Source of the DNA: Candidatus Versatilivorator sp.
GTDB lineage: Bacteria > Acidobacteriota > Terriglobia > Versatilivoradales > Versatilivoraceae
Assembly (NCBI GenBank): GCA_965207735.1
Contig: OZ242296.1
Span: 4,000,001 to 4,064,000 of the forward strand
Length of the DNA stretch: 64,000 nucleotides
Reading direction: 5' to 3'
The notes beneath the pieces were generated by a model that saw only the letters and a list, made by a program, of their open reading frames with translations, was not told the DNA's origin and did not search any database. The position numbers were made by a program, and so were the translations under genes. Below are positions 9,569 to 18,631 of this stretch, piece after piece. Every line of letters begins with the position of its first letter. Positions within the stretch are counted from its first letter, which is position 1.

Positions 9569-11302
9569 ATGATATTCAAGACCAGCCTAGCGCGCGGCGT
9601 GGCATTGGTGATTGCGGCCGGATTCGCGTTGAGCGCGACCGCGGGAACCCTGACGGGACCGGTGACCGAGGGAGAACGGGGCGGTCCGTACGGCGCCGTG
9701 GACGTTGCCGACCGGGGCTACCAGACCGAGGAGTATTTTCTCGCCGGCAGCGCCACGGCCTACGAACTGGCCGAAGGGGAGCACACGCCCGACGGCCGCT
9801 GGAATACGCGCCCGGCAGCGGACAAGGCAGACTTCAAGACCCGCCTGTTGGTGGTTCGCCCGGAGGATCCCGACGCCTTCAACGGCACCGTCATCGTCTT
9901 GTGGCTGAACGTCTCCGCCGGCTTCGAAGTGGGCTTGGCGGTCGGCGAGGCACTGCGCGGCTACGCCTGGGTCGGGGTCTCGGCACAGAAGGTCGGCATC
10001 GACGGGTTCCCGCAGGATCCCCAAGGTCTCAAGGCCTGGGATGCGAAGCGCTACGGTTCCCTCGTTCATCCGGGCGACGCCTATTCCTACGACATCTTCA
10101 CCCAGGTCGCCCGCGCCGTGGGTCCGGAACGCGACACGTCCGATCTTGATCCCATGGGCGGCCTCGAGGTCGAGCGGATGATCGCCGTGGGCCCCTCGCA
10201 GTCCGCCGCACGCCTGCGAACGTACATCAACGGCGTACACCAACACACGGGCGTGTTCGACGGCTACATTCCGTTCGTCGACTTCGGCCGCGGGGTGCCG
10301 TTCACGGCGGATAGCGCCGGTCAGCTCTGGGGTGGCTGGTCGTCGATCCGTTCCGACCTCGACGTCCCGGTAATCGTCGTGAACTCGGAGACCGAGGTGA
10401 CCAGCTACTACGGGGTGCGGGAGGACGACTCCGACCGCTTCCGCCTCTGGGAGATCGCGGGCACCTCGCACGTGTCGGTGCCGCGACCCGAGGAAGCGGA
10501 CACCGGCTTCAACTGGCTGTCCTACCGCCCCGTGTACGACGCATCGATCCGGCATCTGCATCGCTGGATCACGGATGGTGTCGAACCGCCGCGGATGCCG
10601 CGCGTCGAAGTCGTACCCGGTACCGGTCAGACCGGCGCGGCGGCGCGACCCCAGGTCGTGCGCGACGATCACGGCAACGCGGTGGGTGGAATCCGTCTGC
10701 CGGACGTCGAGGTGCCGACGGCTTCGCACAGCGGTTTCGGGGTACAGAAGCCGGGGACGCAGTTCGGCTTCATCTTCGGCGTGGCAGCGGACTTTGATGG
10801 CGAGAAGCTCGCCAGCCTGTATCCGGACAGCGGGCACTATCTCAAGGCTTGGCGGGCGGCACTCGACCGGGCCGTGGAACAAGGCATCGTGCTGCCCGAA
10901 GACGCCCCCGCCATGGCGGACGCAGCTGCGGCTTGGGCCGCGCGCCTGGATGTCGAACAGGGCGCCGACGAGATGGCGGAGCGCGTGACCCAGGTTCGGG
11001 AGCGGCTGATGCTCACCGACGAACAGGTCGAGAAGATCGGGCCGATCCTGCGCAAGGGGATCGAGGCGCAGGCGGAACTGTTCGCCGAGCAGGGATTCGC
11101 GCGGGGCGGGGCGAGGAGCCGCCAGGGCGGTCTCCCGAACCTGCGGCAGATGCGCAAGCTCCGGAGGGAGATAGATGCGATCCGGGAGTCGACGCTCCGG
11201 GAACTCGGCGAGGTGCTGGACGAGAAGCAGCTCGCGGAGTACAGGGAGATCCAGAAGGAACGCCAGGCGGAACTGCGCAAGCGGATGAGAGAGCGCCGCT
11301 AG
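9569..11302 (+). CDS. Exported alpha/beta-hydrolase-domain protein with C-terminal helical LTxxQ (Spy/CpxP-like) extension
   Basis: Signal peptide (…FALSATAG); motifs TRLLVVRP.DP..FNGTV, GPSQSA, WEIAGTSH, GGIRLPDV; tail LTDEQ...LDEKQ. Confidence 0.75.
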   Translation: MIFKTSLARGVALVIAAGFALSATAGTLTGPVTEGERGGPYGAVDVADRGYQTEEYFLAGSATAYELAEGEHTPDGRWNTRPAADKADFKTRLLVVRPEDPDAFNGTVIVLWLNVSAGFEVGLAVGEALRGYAWVGVSAQKVGIDGFPQDPQGLKAWDAKRYGSLVHPGDAYSYDIFTQVARAVGPERDTSDLDPMGGLEVERMIAVGPSQSAARLRTYINGVHQHTGVFDGYIPFVDFGRGVPFTADSAGQLWGGWSSIRSDLDVPVIVVNSETEVTSYYGVREDDSDRFRLWEIAGTSHVSVPRPEEADTGFNWLSYRPVYDASIRHLHRWITDGVEPPRMPRVEVVPGTGQTGAAARPQVVRDDHGNAVGGIRLPDVEVPTASHSGFGVQKPGTQFGFIFGVAADFDGEKLASLYPDSGHYLKAWRAALDRAVEQGIVLPEDAPAMADAAAAWAARLDVEQGADEMAERVTQVRERLMLTDEQVEKIGPILRKGIEAQAELFAEQGFARGGARSRQGGLPNLRQMRKLRREIDAIRESTLRELGEVLDEKQLAEYREIQKERQAELRKRMRERR

Positions 11303-11477
11303 GCGGGGCGCGGCGGTGGATGCGCGGAGCCCGACGGGGGGGGCTGAGGACCTTGGACGGCGGCCTGGGACGTGGGATCTGTGATCGAGCTTATAGGAGA
11401 ACCTGCAACCCTAAGATATTGCCCCTTGGCGAGCTCGCGGAGGCCTGCGCGGCCCCAAGATGTTGGGGTGCGGCTAA

Positions 11478-11506
11478 AGTTGACATAATGAAGGATTATC
11501 GGAAGT
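11478..11506 (-). other. dif-like Xer recombination site
   Basis: Minus strand ACTTCCGATAA-tccttca-TTATGTCAACT resembles XerC/XerD arms (B. subtilis dif ACTTCCTAGAA-N6-TTATGTAAACT); spacer here is 7 bp. Confidence 0.6.
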
Positions 11507-11547
11507 CAGTTCCTGTGGGAGCATAGCCGAAACTATAGGACGAGGCG

Positions 11548-11889
11548 CTAGCTCTCACGATCCGGGAAGCAGCCCAGGGCAACCATCAGTGCGTCGTCGA
11601 GAGACTTGAGTTTGGTGGCATCGAGGCTCCCTACGAACCGAGTCAACTGCGACTTCCGCAGGCTGACAAGCTCGTCGCAGTGCACGCTGCAGTCGTGTCG
11701 AAGTCCTTCGTTCAATCCGACATCGACTTGTGTTGCCAGCCCGTGACGCTTCGAGTACACTGGCGCACAGATAACCGTCGAGAAGTGAGAGTCGATCACT
11801 GCCTGCCGGCTGACTACGACGAACACGCGAAAACGCTTCGGGTCGCGCGCGTGGGGTCGCTCGACCCGGTAGAGCTCCCCGCGCGTCAC
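11548..11889 (-). CDS. mazF: PemK/MazF family toxin
   Basis: RGELY...KR.RVFVVVS...VICAPV...CDELVSL.KS.L pattern; overlaps the antitoxin stop. Confidence 0.85.
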   Translation of the reverse strand: MTRGELYRVERPHARDPKRFRVFVVVSRQAVIDSHFSTVICAPVYSKRHGLATQVDVGLNEGLRHDCSVHCDELVSLRKSQLTRFVGSLDATKLKSLDDALMVALGCFPDRES

Positions 11890-12116
11890 GTGACTACCTG
11901 ATATGCCAGGACATCGACCGCTTCTTCGTTGAGTTCATCGGCGTGCTCATTGATGATATTGCGGTCGCGCTTGTCGATCCTTACCCGTTCTCTCGCTGAG
12001 AAGCTTTGACGAAGCAGCCGCTCAATCACCTGGGATCTGCTTTCTCCTTCTCGGGCAGCCTCGTCAACGGCTGTGACCACCTCTTGCTCAAGTGTGATAG
12101 ATGTTTTCAGCTTCAT
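11886..12116 (-). CDS. Ribbon-helix-helix antitoxin partner of MazF
   Basis: MKLKTSITL...SRSQVIE..LR; directly upstream of and overlapping the toxin. Confidence 0.8.
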   Translation of the reverse strand: MKLKTSITLEQEVVTAVDEAAREGESRSQVIERLLRQSFSARERVRIDKRDRNIINEHADELNEEAVDVLAYQVVT

Positions 12117-12306
12117 AAGACAATCATCCCCCTGTGGGAAACCTGAAATTCCCATCTCGATCGTCGGAAAAAGAGGCCGCGGGAAGCCCTGTGCTCCAAC
12201 TTCTCGGGTCCGGCATGCCTCAGTACCCCCGAATATCAACGGCTTGTTCCCTAGTCTAGTGCTCGGCCGGGACACCGGATGGATGTGATACAAGAACCCG
12301 CCGCGC

Positions 12307-13713
12307 CTACGCCGATTCGCTCGCCCATGACGCCCTGCGCTGTTCCAAGCGTGTCCTTGCGTCAGCCACGACAGCCGGGGCTTCGGGCTCGTTGGTTGCG
12401 GTTTCCTGCACCTCTCGTAGTGCTAACGTCTTCCGGTACTCCTCAGCTTCGGCCGCAAGGGTAAACTCCACAGAGCCGCGATCTTGCGCGACCTGTTCGA
12501 TATCAGCAAGTGACACCGAGAAGAACTCCTTGCGCATGTTCACGAGGTTGACCCGCCGGTTGTCGAAAGCGGCGTGCAGCGTCTGCTCGAGGTCTGGAAC
12601 ATTCTCCGAGTAGATCATCGCGTGAACGTCGAATGGGAACGGCACCGACGCATCGCCGAGTTCCCGGAACCGGTCGCCGGGATCTAAACGCCTCGTCAGG
12701 CCGATCTTGTAGACATTATCCCCGAATGATCCAATGTTCGAGACGACGTAGACGTGACCTGACTTCGTGAGTTGTGCACGCGATAGGGCACGCTCCTTCG
12801 TTTCATGGGCCGCGTCGAGTTGACTCTGTAGCCTCTCGATCTCGCTCTGAAGCTCCGTACTCTTCTCGTCTCCGGCACGCTGCAATTCCTGACGCGCCTT
12901 CTCTAGTGCGGCCGCATACCGCTGCTCCTCCTTCTCTGCGTCGCTCTTCGCCTTTTCAATCTCCCGGCGGACACGTTCCTCTTCACGCATCTGTTCGCGG
13001 ATGCGGCGCTGCTCCTCTTTCTCCGCCTCCCGCTGTTCCTGATACTCGTGCGCAAGGCGGAGTTCGCTGATCTTTAGATCGAGATATTGCGGAACGATGG
13101 CACAGTGCTGCGTCTCGCCGAGCTTGTTCAAGGCCTCGAACGACCGGCTGATACGCTTTTCCATCACAGTCACATTGTTGTAACGCACCTTGACAATCGC
13201 CGCGTCGCATTCGCCGTTGAAGGCTCGAAGTTGGAGCTTTAAGTACCGCTGTACCATCCGGCGCCCCTCAGTCCTACTGCCCTCGACGTGCCATTCCGTC
13301 TTACAGACCGCGGCCGTCTTGTCTCGGACCATTGCCTTCTGTTGCCCCCGGATCTCGTCCAGCTTGGCCTTGAACGCGGCGGAAGACTCGAAATCGTAGT
13401 GCGGCTCGTAGATGCCAAAGGACTGAAGTGCGGCCTGATCGCGAGCCGCGTCTAGCTCGCGCGTCAGCTCCTCGAGTTCACGAAGAGCTTCACCAAAGTC
13501 TTTTTCCCACGACGCTCGACGAGTTGCGACCTCCGACGCCAACGTCTCCTTCTCCGCAGCTACACGATCGCGCTCCCGCTCCACGTCGATGATGCCTCCG
13601 TACCGCCGTCTCATGTCTCCGTTCTGCCGTCTCGTGTCTCGGAGCGACCGCAGAGCGAACAGGAGACCGATAACGGCAACCACGGCTATTGCGATGAAAA
13701 CAACTTCCGACAT
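12307..13713 (-). CDS. DUF4041 / T5orf172 (GIY-YIG-like) coiled-coil protein with N-terminal membrane anchor
   Basis: LRAFNGECDAAI.KV, long coiled coil, GHVYVVSNIGSFG..VYKIGLTRRLDP..R..ELGDASVPFPFDVHAMI. Confidence 0.85.
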   Translation of the reverse strand: MSEVVFIAIAVVAVIGLLFALRSLRDTRRQNGDMRRRYGGIIDVERERDRVAAEKETLASEVATRRASWEKDFGEALRELEELTRELDAARDQAALQSFGIYEPHYDFESSAAFKAKLDEIRGQQKAMVRDKTAAVCKTEWHVEGSRTEGRRMVQRYLKLQLRAFNGECDAAIVKVRYNNVTVMEKRISRSFEALNKLGETQHCAIVPQYLDLKISELRLAHEYQEQREAEKEEQRRIREQMREEERVRREIEKAKSDAEKEEQRYAAALEKARQELQRAGDEKSTELQSEIERLQSQLDAAHETKERALSRAQLTKSGHVYVVSNIGSFGDNVYKIGLTRRLDPGDRFRELGDASVPFPFDVHAMIYSENVPDLEQTLHAAFDNRRVNLVNMRKEFFSVSLADIEQVAQDRGSVEFTLAAEAEEYRKTLALREVQETATNEPEAPAVVADARTRLEQRRASWASESA

Positions 13714-13778
13714 GACTGTTCCTCTTTTCTCTGGAGCGCGGCTGTATTACGCGGGTACGCGTAGCATATTATACGCGT

Positions 13779-14060
13779 TCAGAGCCTCTTCCTAGTAAGC
13801 TCATTGATAGACGGCAGCCCTCGAGCCTTAAACACATAATCTAGGCCTTCCATCAAGAAATCATGCATCTTAGCGTGTTCTTCAAACGCTAGTCGCCGCA
13901 CCTGCTCATAGACGGGTAAGGGCAGATACGCGGTTTGCTGCTTGACCCGGGGACGGTTACCTCTTGGCTTGACCGGTGTCTGCTGAGGTACGGTGGGAAC
14001 TGGCGCAGTTGGCTCGTTCCCGCCGAAGATGTCCTCAAGCGATGTGCGTTTCTTGCTCAT
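13779..14060 (-). CDS. Small ParG-like (RHH-type) partition partner
   Basis: 93 aa, overlaps the parA 3' end; flexible N-terminus then QTAYLP..VYEQVRRLAF...MHDFL.EGLD..F. Confidence 0.65.
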   Translation of the reverse strand: MSKKRTSLEDIFGGNEPTAPVPTVPQQTPVKPRGNRPRVKQQTAYLPLPVYEQVRRLAFEEHAKMHDFLMEGLDYVFKARGLPSINELTRKRL

Positions 14061-14679
14061 AGGTCAATTTCTCCATTTTCGTGGTTATCCACTGCCATAA
14101 AGCTCGAACTTCCGCGGCCGCCTTTCCCTTCGGTTCATACTCGGTCACGGTCAGTCCTCGCCCATGGGCATCCTGATAGGCAGTTCGTAACACGATAGGC
14201 ATCGGGGCTACCATCCCCAGAACTCGCAACCCGTTTGCGGCTTCTCGAATGCGGGCGCCTCTCGGGGGGGTCTGAGACAATACAAACGCACTCAATTTTC
14301 CCAAACGGGTGATGGTTGCGACCGTTGCTGGCGTAGCTTTCATGTCGGCCGGAGTAGCTCGGCATGGAATCAGGCAGAAATTCGCTTGACGAATTGCCGC
14401 CGCAATACCCGGCTCGTCTCGTCCAGGAGTATCGATCACGACCAAGTCAAAAGCTTGCGCTGCCCGTGCAATCGCGGTGGGTAACTCGGCGGTCGTGACT
14501 CTAGCTAATTTCGGAGTGTCAGCCTCACGGATCTGGTACCACTCTTCCACCGTACCCTGTGGGTCCATGTCTAACACCAAGGTACGGTTTCCCTGTTCCT
14601 CAGCGGCTACAGCACAGGAGAGCGCAAGAGTGGATTTGCCACTGCCACCCTTTTGGGTCACTAATGCGATCACGCGCAT
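14035..14679 (-). CDS. parA: ParA family partition ATPase (short, plasmid type Ib)
   Basis: Deviant Walker A QKGGSGKST; DMDPQG; VVIDTPG; 214 aa. Confidence 0.9.
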   Translation of the reverse strand: MRVIALVTQKGGSGKSTLALSCAVAAEEQGNRTLVLDMDPQGTVEEWYQIREADTPKLARVTTAELPTAIARAAQAFDLVVIDTPGRDEPGIAAAIRQANFCLIPCRATPADMKATPATVATITRLGKLSAFVLSQTPPRGARIREAANGLRVLGMVAPMPIVLRTAYQDAHGRGLTVTEYEPKGKAAAEVRALWQWITTKMEKLTYEQETHIA

Positions 14680-14850
14680 ACGCGTATCCTATTATAATCT
14701 TCTAACAATGTTAGCGTATACAAGGATACCATGAAGACACTATCCTACGCTCCACTCTAACACTCTGACAGCCTCCCAGGATCCAGTGGTGGTTTAGGGG
14801 GGGCGTCATGGACCGTGATTAGGGTAGCGCATGGCCCAATGCTGACTACA

Positions 14851-14871
14851 GTGTAACATTTAATGGTACAC
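14851..14871. promoter_or_regulatory. Palindromic operator upstream of higBA
   Basis: GTGTAACATT-T-AATGGTACAC imperfect inverted repeat ending 9 bp before higB. Confidence 0.55.
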
Positions 14872-14879
14872 TTCCTTGC

Positions 14880-15158
14880 ATGATCAAAGGGTTCGCTTCC
14901 AAGGTCCTTAGGAAAGCATTTGAAGATGGGGACTACCGGCGGATCAACCCTCAATGGAGGGCCCGGGTTGAACTTCTTCTGGACGCATTGGATGCAGCAG
15001 AGAAAGTAGAAGATTTGAACCTCCTGACGCTCGGCACCCATCCGTTAAAGGGCAACCGAAAAGGTGAGTGGGGAATGACTGTGACGAAGAACTGGAGGAT
15101 TACCTTCAGATTCGAGGCGGGAGATGCCGTCGAGGTAGACCTAGAGAATTATCACTAG
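14880..15158 (+). CDS. higB: HigB/RelE-like plasmid maintenance killer toxin
   Basis: MIKGFASK.L..., HPLKGNRKGEW..TVTKNWRITFRF...VDLENYH. Confidence 0.9.
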   Translation: MIKGFASKVLRKAFEDGDYRRINPQWRARVELLLDALDAAEKVEDLNLLTLGTHPLKGNRKGEWGMTVTKNWRITFRFEAGDAVEVDLENYH

Positions 15159-15172
15159 AACGGGGGCGGGAC

Positions 15173-15472
15173 ATGGCTAGAAATCTGGAGAGGAGACCGA
15201 CGCATCCAGGCACGTTGCTACGGGGCGAGATCGAGGCTCGAAAACTCAATCAGGGGCAGGTGGCAGGTCTTGTCGGTGTCGGGCGCAGGACCATTAACGA
15301 GATTTGTCAAGGACGAAGATCAATGAGCGCTGACATGGCGCACCGGATCGGGAAGCTTTTCGGCAACGGGCCGACGCTCTGGATTAACATGCAGAAGGCG
15401 ATTGACATATGGGACGCTGAGCGCGAGCACTCGACAGACTACGCCAAGATTCAGACCTTAGAGATAGCTTGA
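15173..15472 (+). CDS. higA: HigA antitoxin (XRE HTH)
   Basis: PTHPG.LL...TINEI..GRRSMSADMAHRIGKLFG.GP.LWINMQ. Confidence 0.9.
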   Translation: MARNLERRPTHPGTLLRGEIEARKLNQGQVAGLVGVGRRTINEICQGRRSMSADMAHRIGKLFGNGPTLWINMQKAIDIWDAEREHSTDYAKIQTLEIA

Positions 15473-15526
15473 TAAAGTATGTAATCAAGGCTAACCCCTA
15501 ATTCAGCAGCAGGATAGAGCAAGCTG

Positions 15527-18500
15527 CTACTCCCGGGCAGGCAAGTAGGCCCCGTCGCCGCTGCGCTCTCCTGGCCTGCCACCGTCATTGACCACCCCGT
15601 AGGCCAGAAACGGGTTCTCCCCCGACACCCTCTCGATCCGGATATACCCCTGCCGCGTCTCCGAAGAGGCTCTGCCCAGGATCCCATTGATCTGATGCCA
15701 GCCCCGGACCGGGACCTCCTTGGTCACCACCGTCTCCACCAGCATCCCCGTCTCCCCGTCGTAGATCTCCAGATGAAAGACGCTCTCACTTTCGTCCACT
15801 TCTCCCGTGTTGACCAGCGCCAGGTTGGAGCGGTCCTGGCTGTTCTGCTGCATCCCGTCCACCCAGGCAACCCGGGTGAAGGCCTCGCCTTCCGGCACCG
15901 CGTTGTAGAAGACGCTGTATTGTCCCCCGCCTCCCTTCGAGCCCGTCCTGGCTCCTACCACGATTCCGCTCAGGTCTCCCTCTTCGGCCGTGACGAACAC
16001 CGGTCCCGCCAAGGTCCGCCTGCCCGTCCCCAGTCCCGCCACCTCCTCACCACGCAACGCCTCCACCACCTCCGGTACGATCTCCTGCTGGCCGGCTTCC
16101 AGCTCCATGCTGAACACCGCCGTCCGGTCGTCCGTATCGATCCCCTCGGCTACAAACTGGAAATTCAGTCTCCTCGGCTCCTGGGAGAAGTTCGTCACCG
16201 TCAACTCGCTCCTGAACTCACTCGTCTCCACGATCACCGGCAGCGTCTGCCCCCTCTTCCCCGCCAGTGAACTCGCCGTCACCGGAAAGATGAACGACCC
16301 GTCCGAGTTCACCTGGTCGTTGATCACCCCGTAGGCGTAGAAGGGTGAGGTTCCCTCCACCCGCTCCACCCTCACGTAGCCGCTGGCATTGCCGCCCACT
16401 GCATTCAGCACTGCGTTGTGCTGGTGAAATCCTCCTGGCTCCAACCTTACCTCGTCCAGCTCCCGGGCAGTCCCATCCCCCGCCTCTCCTGAGTAGACCG
16501 TGGTCTTGAGGGTGATCGCTCCCTCCCCCGCAGTCCCCATGTTCTGAAAGGCTACGTTGGAGCGGTCCTGGCTGTTCTGCCTGAGCCCGCACAGGTAGAC
16601 CGGCTCGTCAAACCCCTCCTCCTCGGCTATCCCCAGGTAGGCCAGCCCCGCCCGTCCGTCAGGCACTACCGTCGTGGTCCGCACCACTGCACCCACCTCC
16701 GAACCCAGCTTGACCTCCACCCGCAGTGTCCCCACCCGGTTCCCCGTCTCGGGAATCGGTACCCCCAAACCCCTCAGATAGGTGAGGGCGTCGGTCTCGA
16801 CGATTTGTCTGCCGGCTGCCAGTCTGTCGGAAGCCGTCCCGCTCCCTCCTCCCGCATCGGCCGTGTAGAGGTAGTCCACCCTCGCTTCCTTCTCCCCACG
16901 GTTGGTCAGCGTCAGCTCCGAGGTGAAGAAGGACTGTTTCCGGCCTGCAGAGGAGAGGATCACCGGAACGAACAGCGACCCCGTCGTCAACCGGAAGCTC
17001 CCCTCGGCCAGGTCCGGGTCCCCGCAGTCATAGACGAACCCGCCCACTCCCGACTCGGTGAAGCTCAATCGGAGCTCGCAGGAAGCCCCGTCATCGTAGT
17101 CCAGCCTCACCGTCCCCATCCCGGGCCCTGTCCTCTCATAGGCGTAGCTGCCCAATCGCGAAGTGGTGCTCTCCGATCGGGATTCGGCGCTCTCTGACCG
17201 AATCGCCGCCTGGGCTCCCACCCTCTCGATCTGCTCGAACCGGTTGCCTTCTCCAAACCGCAGCTCAATGCGTCTGTCGGTCCCCGCCTCTCCGCCCAAC
17301 CGCAAGGTCAAACGCTCATCCTCCAGGTCCTCCTCCGTGAAGTCCGAGGGATCGTCCGAGTCGGGCTCCTCCCCTCCCGTCCTTCCTTCCCCCGGCTGCG
17401 ACCACTCACCCCTCCCCTCTTCGTTCATGGCCCTCACCTCCACCCGGTAGAGCCTCTCCTCCTCCAGGCCCGTCAGCGTCAACCTCAGTCCCGTCCCCTC
17501 GTGCCCCCCGTCCCTGTAGCCTTCCTCTCCCTCCTCCCGGTAGCGCACCTCATAGCCGGTGATCTCAGGCCCCCGGTTCTCAGGCTCGGACCAGCTCACT
17601 GTCAGGCTGTCCGTGCCCTCAGCGGTCACCTCCGGAGCCGCCACCGCCCCCGGCGGCTCCTCCTCGTCACTCACCCGCACCCGTATGGCCCTCTGCCTCC
17701 TCCGTTCCCTCTCCCCCTCCCCGCTCCTCGCCTCCACCACCACCACGTATTCGTTGTCTCCCGCTCCGCTTGCCGGGTCGGTGCCAGCCGCATCGGCAGG
17801 CCTCTCATAGTCCGGCGCCTCCGTGAAGCTCAGCTCTCCCGTCTGCTCAACTACCCTAAACAGCGCCCCGTCCGCTCCCCCCGCAATCCCGTAGCCGGCA
17901 ACCTCGTCCCCCTCGTCGGAGTCCACCGCTTCCAGCCGCACTACCTTCGTCTGGTTCTCCACCACCTCGAACTGCCCCGGGCTGGTGATCTCCGGCAGCC
18001 GGTTCAGCTCGCTCAGCCGGAAGCTCCCCTGTCCCTGCAACGCGCCCCCGCAGCGGTAGCTGTAGCTGCCTGCTCCCACTCCGCTGAAGCTCATCCGGAG
18101 TTGGCACGACTCCCCCCCGTCGTAGTCCAGGCTCAGCTCTCCCGTCGTCCGGCTGGTGTAGCGGTACCGGTAGCTCCCCATGCGGGTCGCCGTCACTTCC
18201 CCTGCTGTGTCCAGCTCGCTCTCCTCAAACCGCAGCCCCCCTCCAAACCTCACCTTCAGACTCCGCCGGCTTCCTCCAAACGGCGTCCACTCCAATCCGG
18301 CCTCTCCACCCTCCAGGTCCTCCGCCCGGAAGTTCGACCGATAGGCCGGGTCCAGCGGCATCACCGCCTCCACCGCCTCCGTCTCCCGCCCGTTGCCGAT
18401 CTGGTTGACCCCACGCAGCTCCAAGGCATAGACCGTCCCGTTGAGAAGCCCCATGAGGGTGTAGCCGGAGGCGTTGACCTCCCCGGGGGCGCTGTCCGGG

Positions 18501-18631
18501 ATGGGTGTCCACTCGCCGAACTCGCCCAGGCCTTCTTTGAGGCGGTACTCGTAGCGCAGGATCTCGGAGCCCCCGTCGCTTTCCGGCGGACTCCACGCCA
18601 ACCGCATCGCCCCGTCCCCCGGCATGGCCAT
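15527..18631 (-). CDS. C-terminal half of adhesin copy 2 (FN3, Cys-pair domain, cadherin, FN3, Cys-pair domain, Acidobacteria-type C-terminal domains), split from the N-half by a frameshift
   Basis: FN3 motifs (LAWSPPESDGGS..YEYR; LTVSWSEPENRGPEITGYEVRY); cadherin-like PDYERP.D...DNEY.V.V; LFVPVILSSAG..FTSELTLTN. Its ATG overlaps the TGA of the upstream ORF. Confidence 0.8.
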   Translation of the reverse strand: MAMPGDGAMRLAWSPPESDGGSEILRYEYRLKEGLGEFGEWTPIPDSAPGEVNASGYTLMGLLNGTVYALELRGVNQIGNGRETEAVEAVMPLDPAYRSNFRAEDLEGGEAGLEWTPFGGSRRSLKVRFGGGLRFEESELDTAGEVTATRMGSYRYRYTSRTTGELSLDYDGGESCQLRMSFSGVGAGSYSYRCGGALQGQGSFRLSELNRLPEITSPGQFEVVENQTKVVRLEAVDSDEGDEVAGYGIAGGADGALFRVVEQTGELSFTEAPDYERPADAAGTDPASGAGDNEYVVVVEARSGEGERERRRQRAIRVRVSDEEEPPGAVAAPEVTAEGTDSLTVSWSEPENRGPEITGYEVRYREEGEEGYRDGGHEGTGLRLTLTGLEEERLYRVEVRAMNEEGRGEWSQPGEGRTGGEEPDSDDPSDFTEEDLEDERLTLRLGGEAGTDRRIELRFGEGNRFEQIERVGAQAAIRSESAESRSESTTSRLGSYAYERTGPGMGTVRLDYDDGASCELRLSFTESGVGGFVYDCGDPDLAEGSFRLTTGSLFVPVILSSAGRKQSFFTSELTLTNRGEKEARVDYLYTADAGGGSGTASDRLAAGRQIVETDALTYLRGLGVPIPETGNRVGTLRVEVKLGSEVGAVVRTTTVVPDGRAGLAYLGIAEEEGFDEPVYLCGLRQNSQDRSNVAFQNMGTAGEGAITLKTTVYSGEAGDGTARELDEVRLEPGGFHQHNAVLNAVGGNASGYVRVERVEGTSPFYAYGVINDQVNSDGSFIFPVTASSLAGKRGQTLPVIVETSEFRSELTVTNFSQEPRRLNFQFVAEGIDTDDRTAVFSMELEAGQQEIVPEVVEALRGEEVAGLGTGRRTLAGPVFVTAEEGDLSGIVVGARTGSKGGGGQYSVFYNAVPEGEAFTRVAWVDGMQQNSQDRSNLALVNTGEVDESESVFHLEIYDGETGMLVETVVTKEVPVRGWHQINGILGRASSETRQGYIRIERVSGENPFLAYGVVNDGGRPGERSGDGAYLPARE

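Noticed and set aside
15465-15493. CTTGATAA-agtatg-TAATCAAG as a second dif site closing the plasmid cassette
   Set aside because: Right arm lacks TTATG; more simply a hairpin or operator at the higA stop.
11300-15530. Integron cassette array (TA-rich, short genes)
   Set aside because: No intI, no repeated attC-like TAAC...GTT hairpins, and mixed gene orientation.
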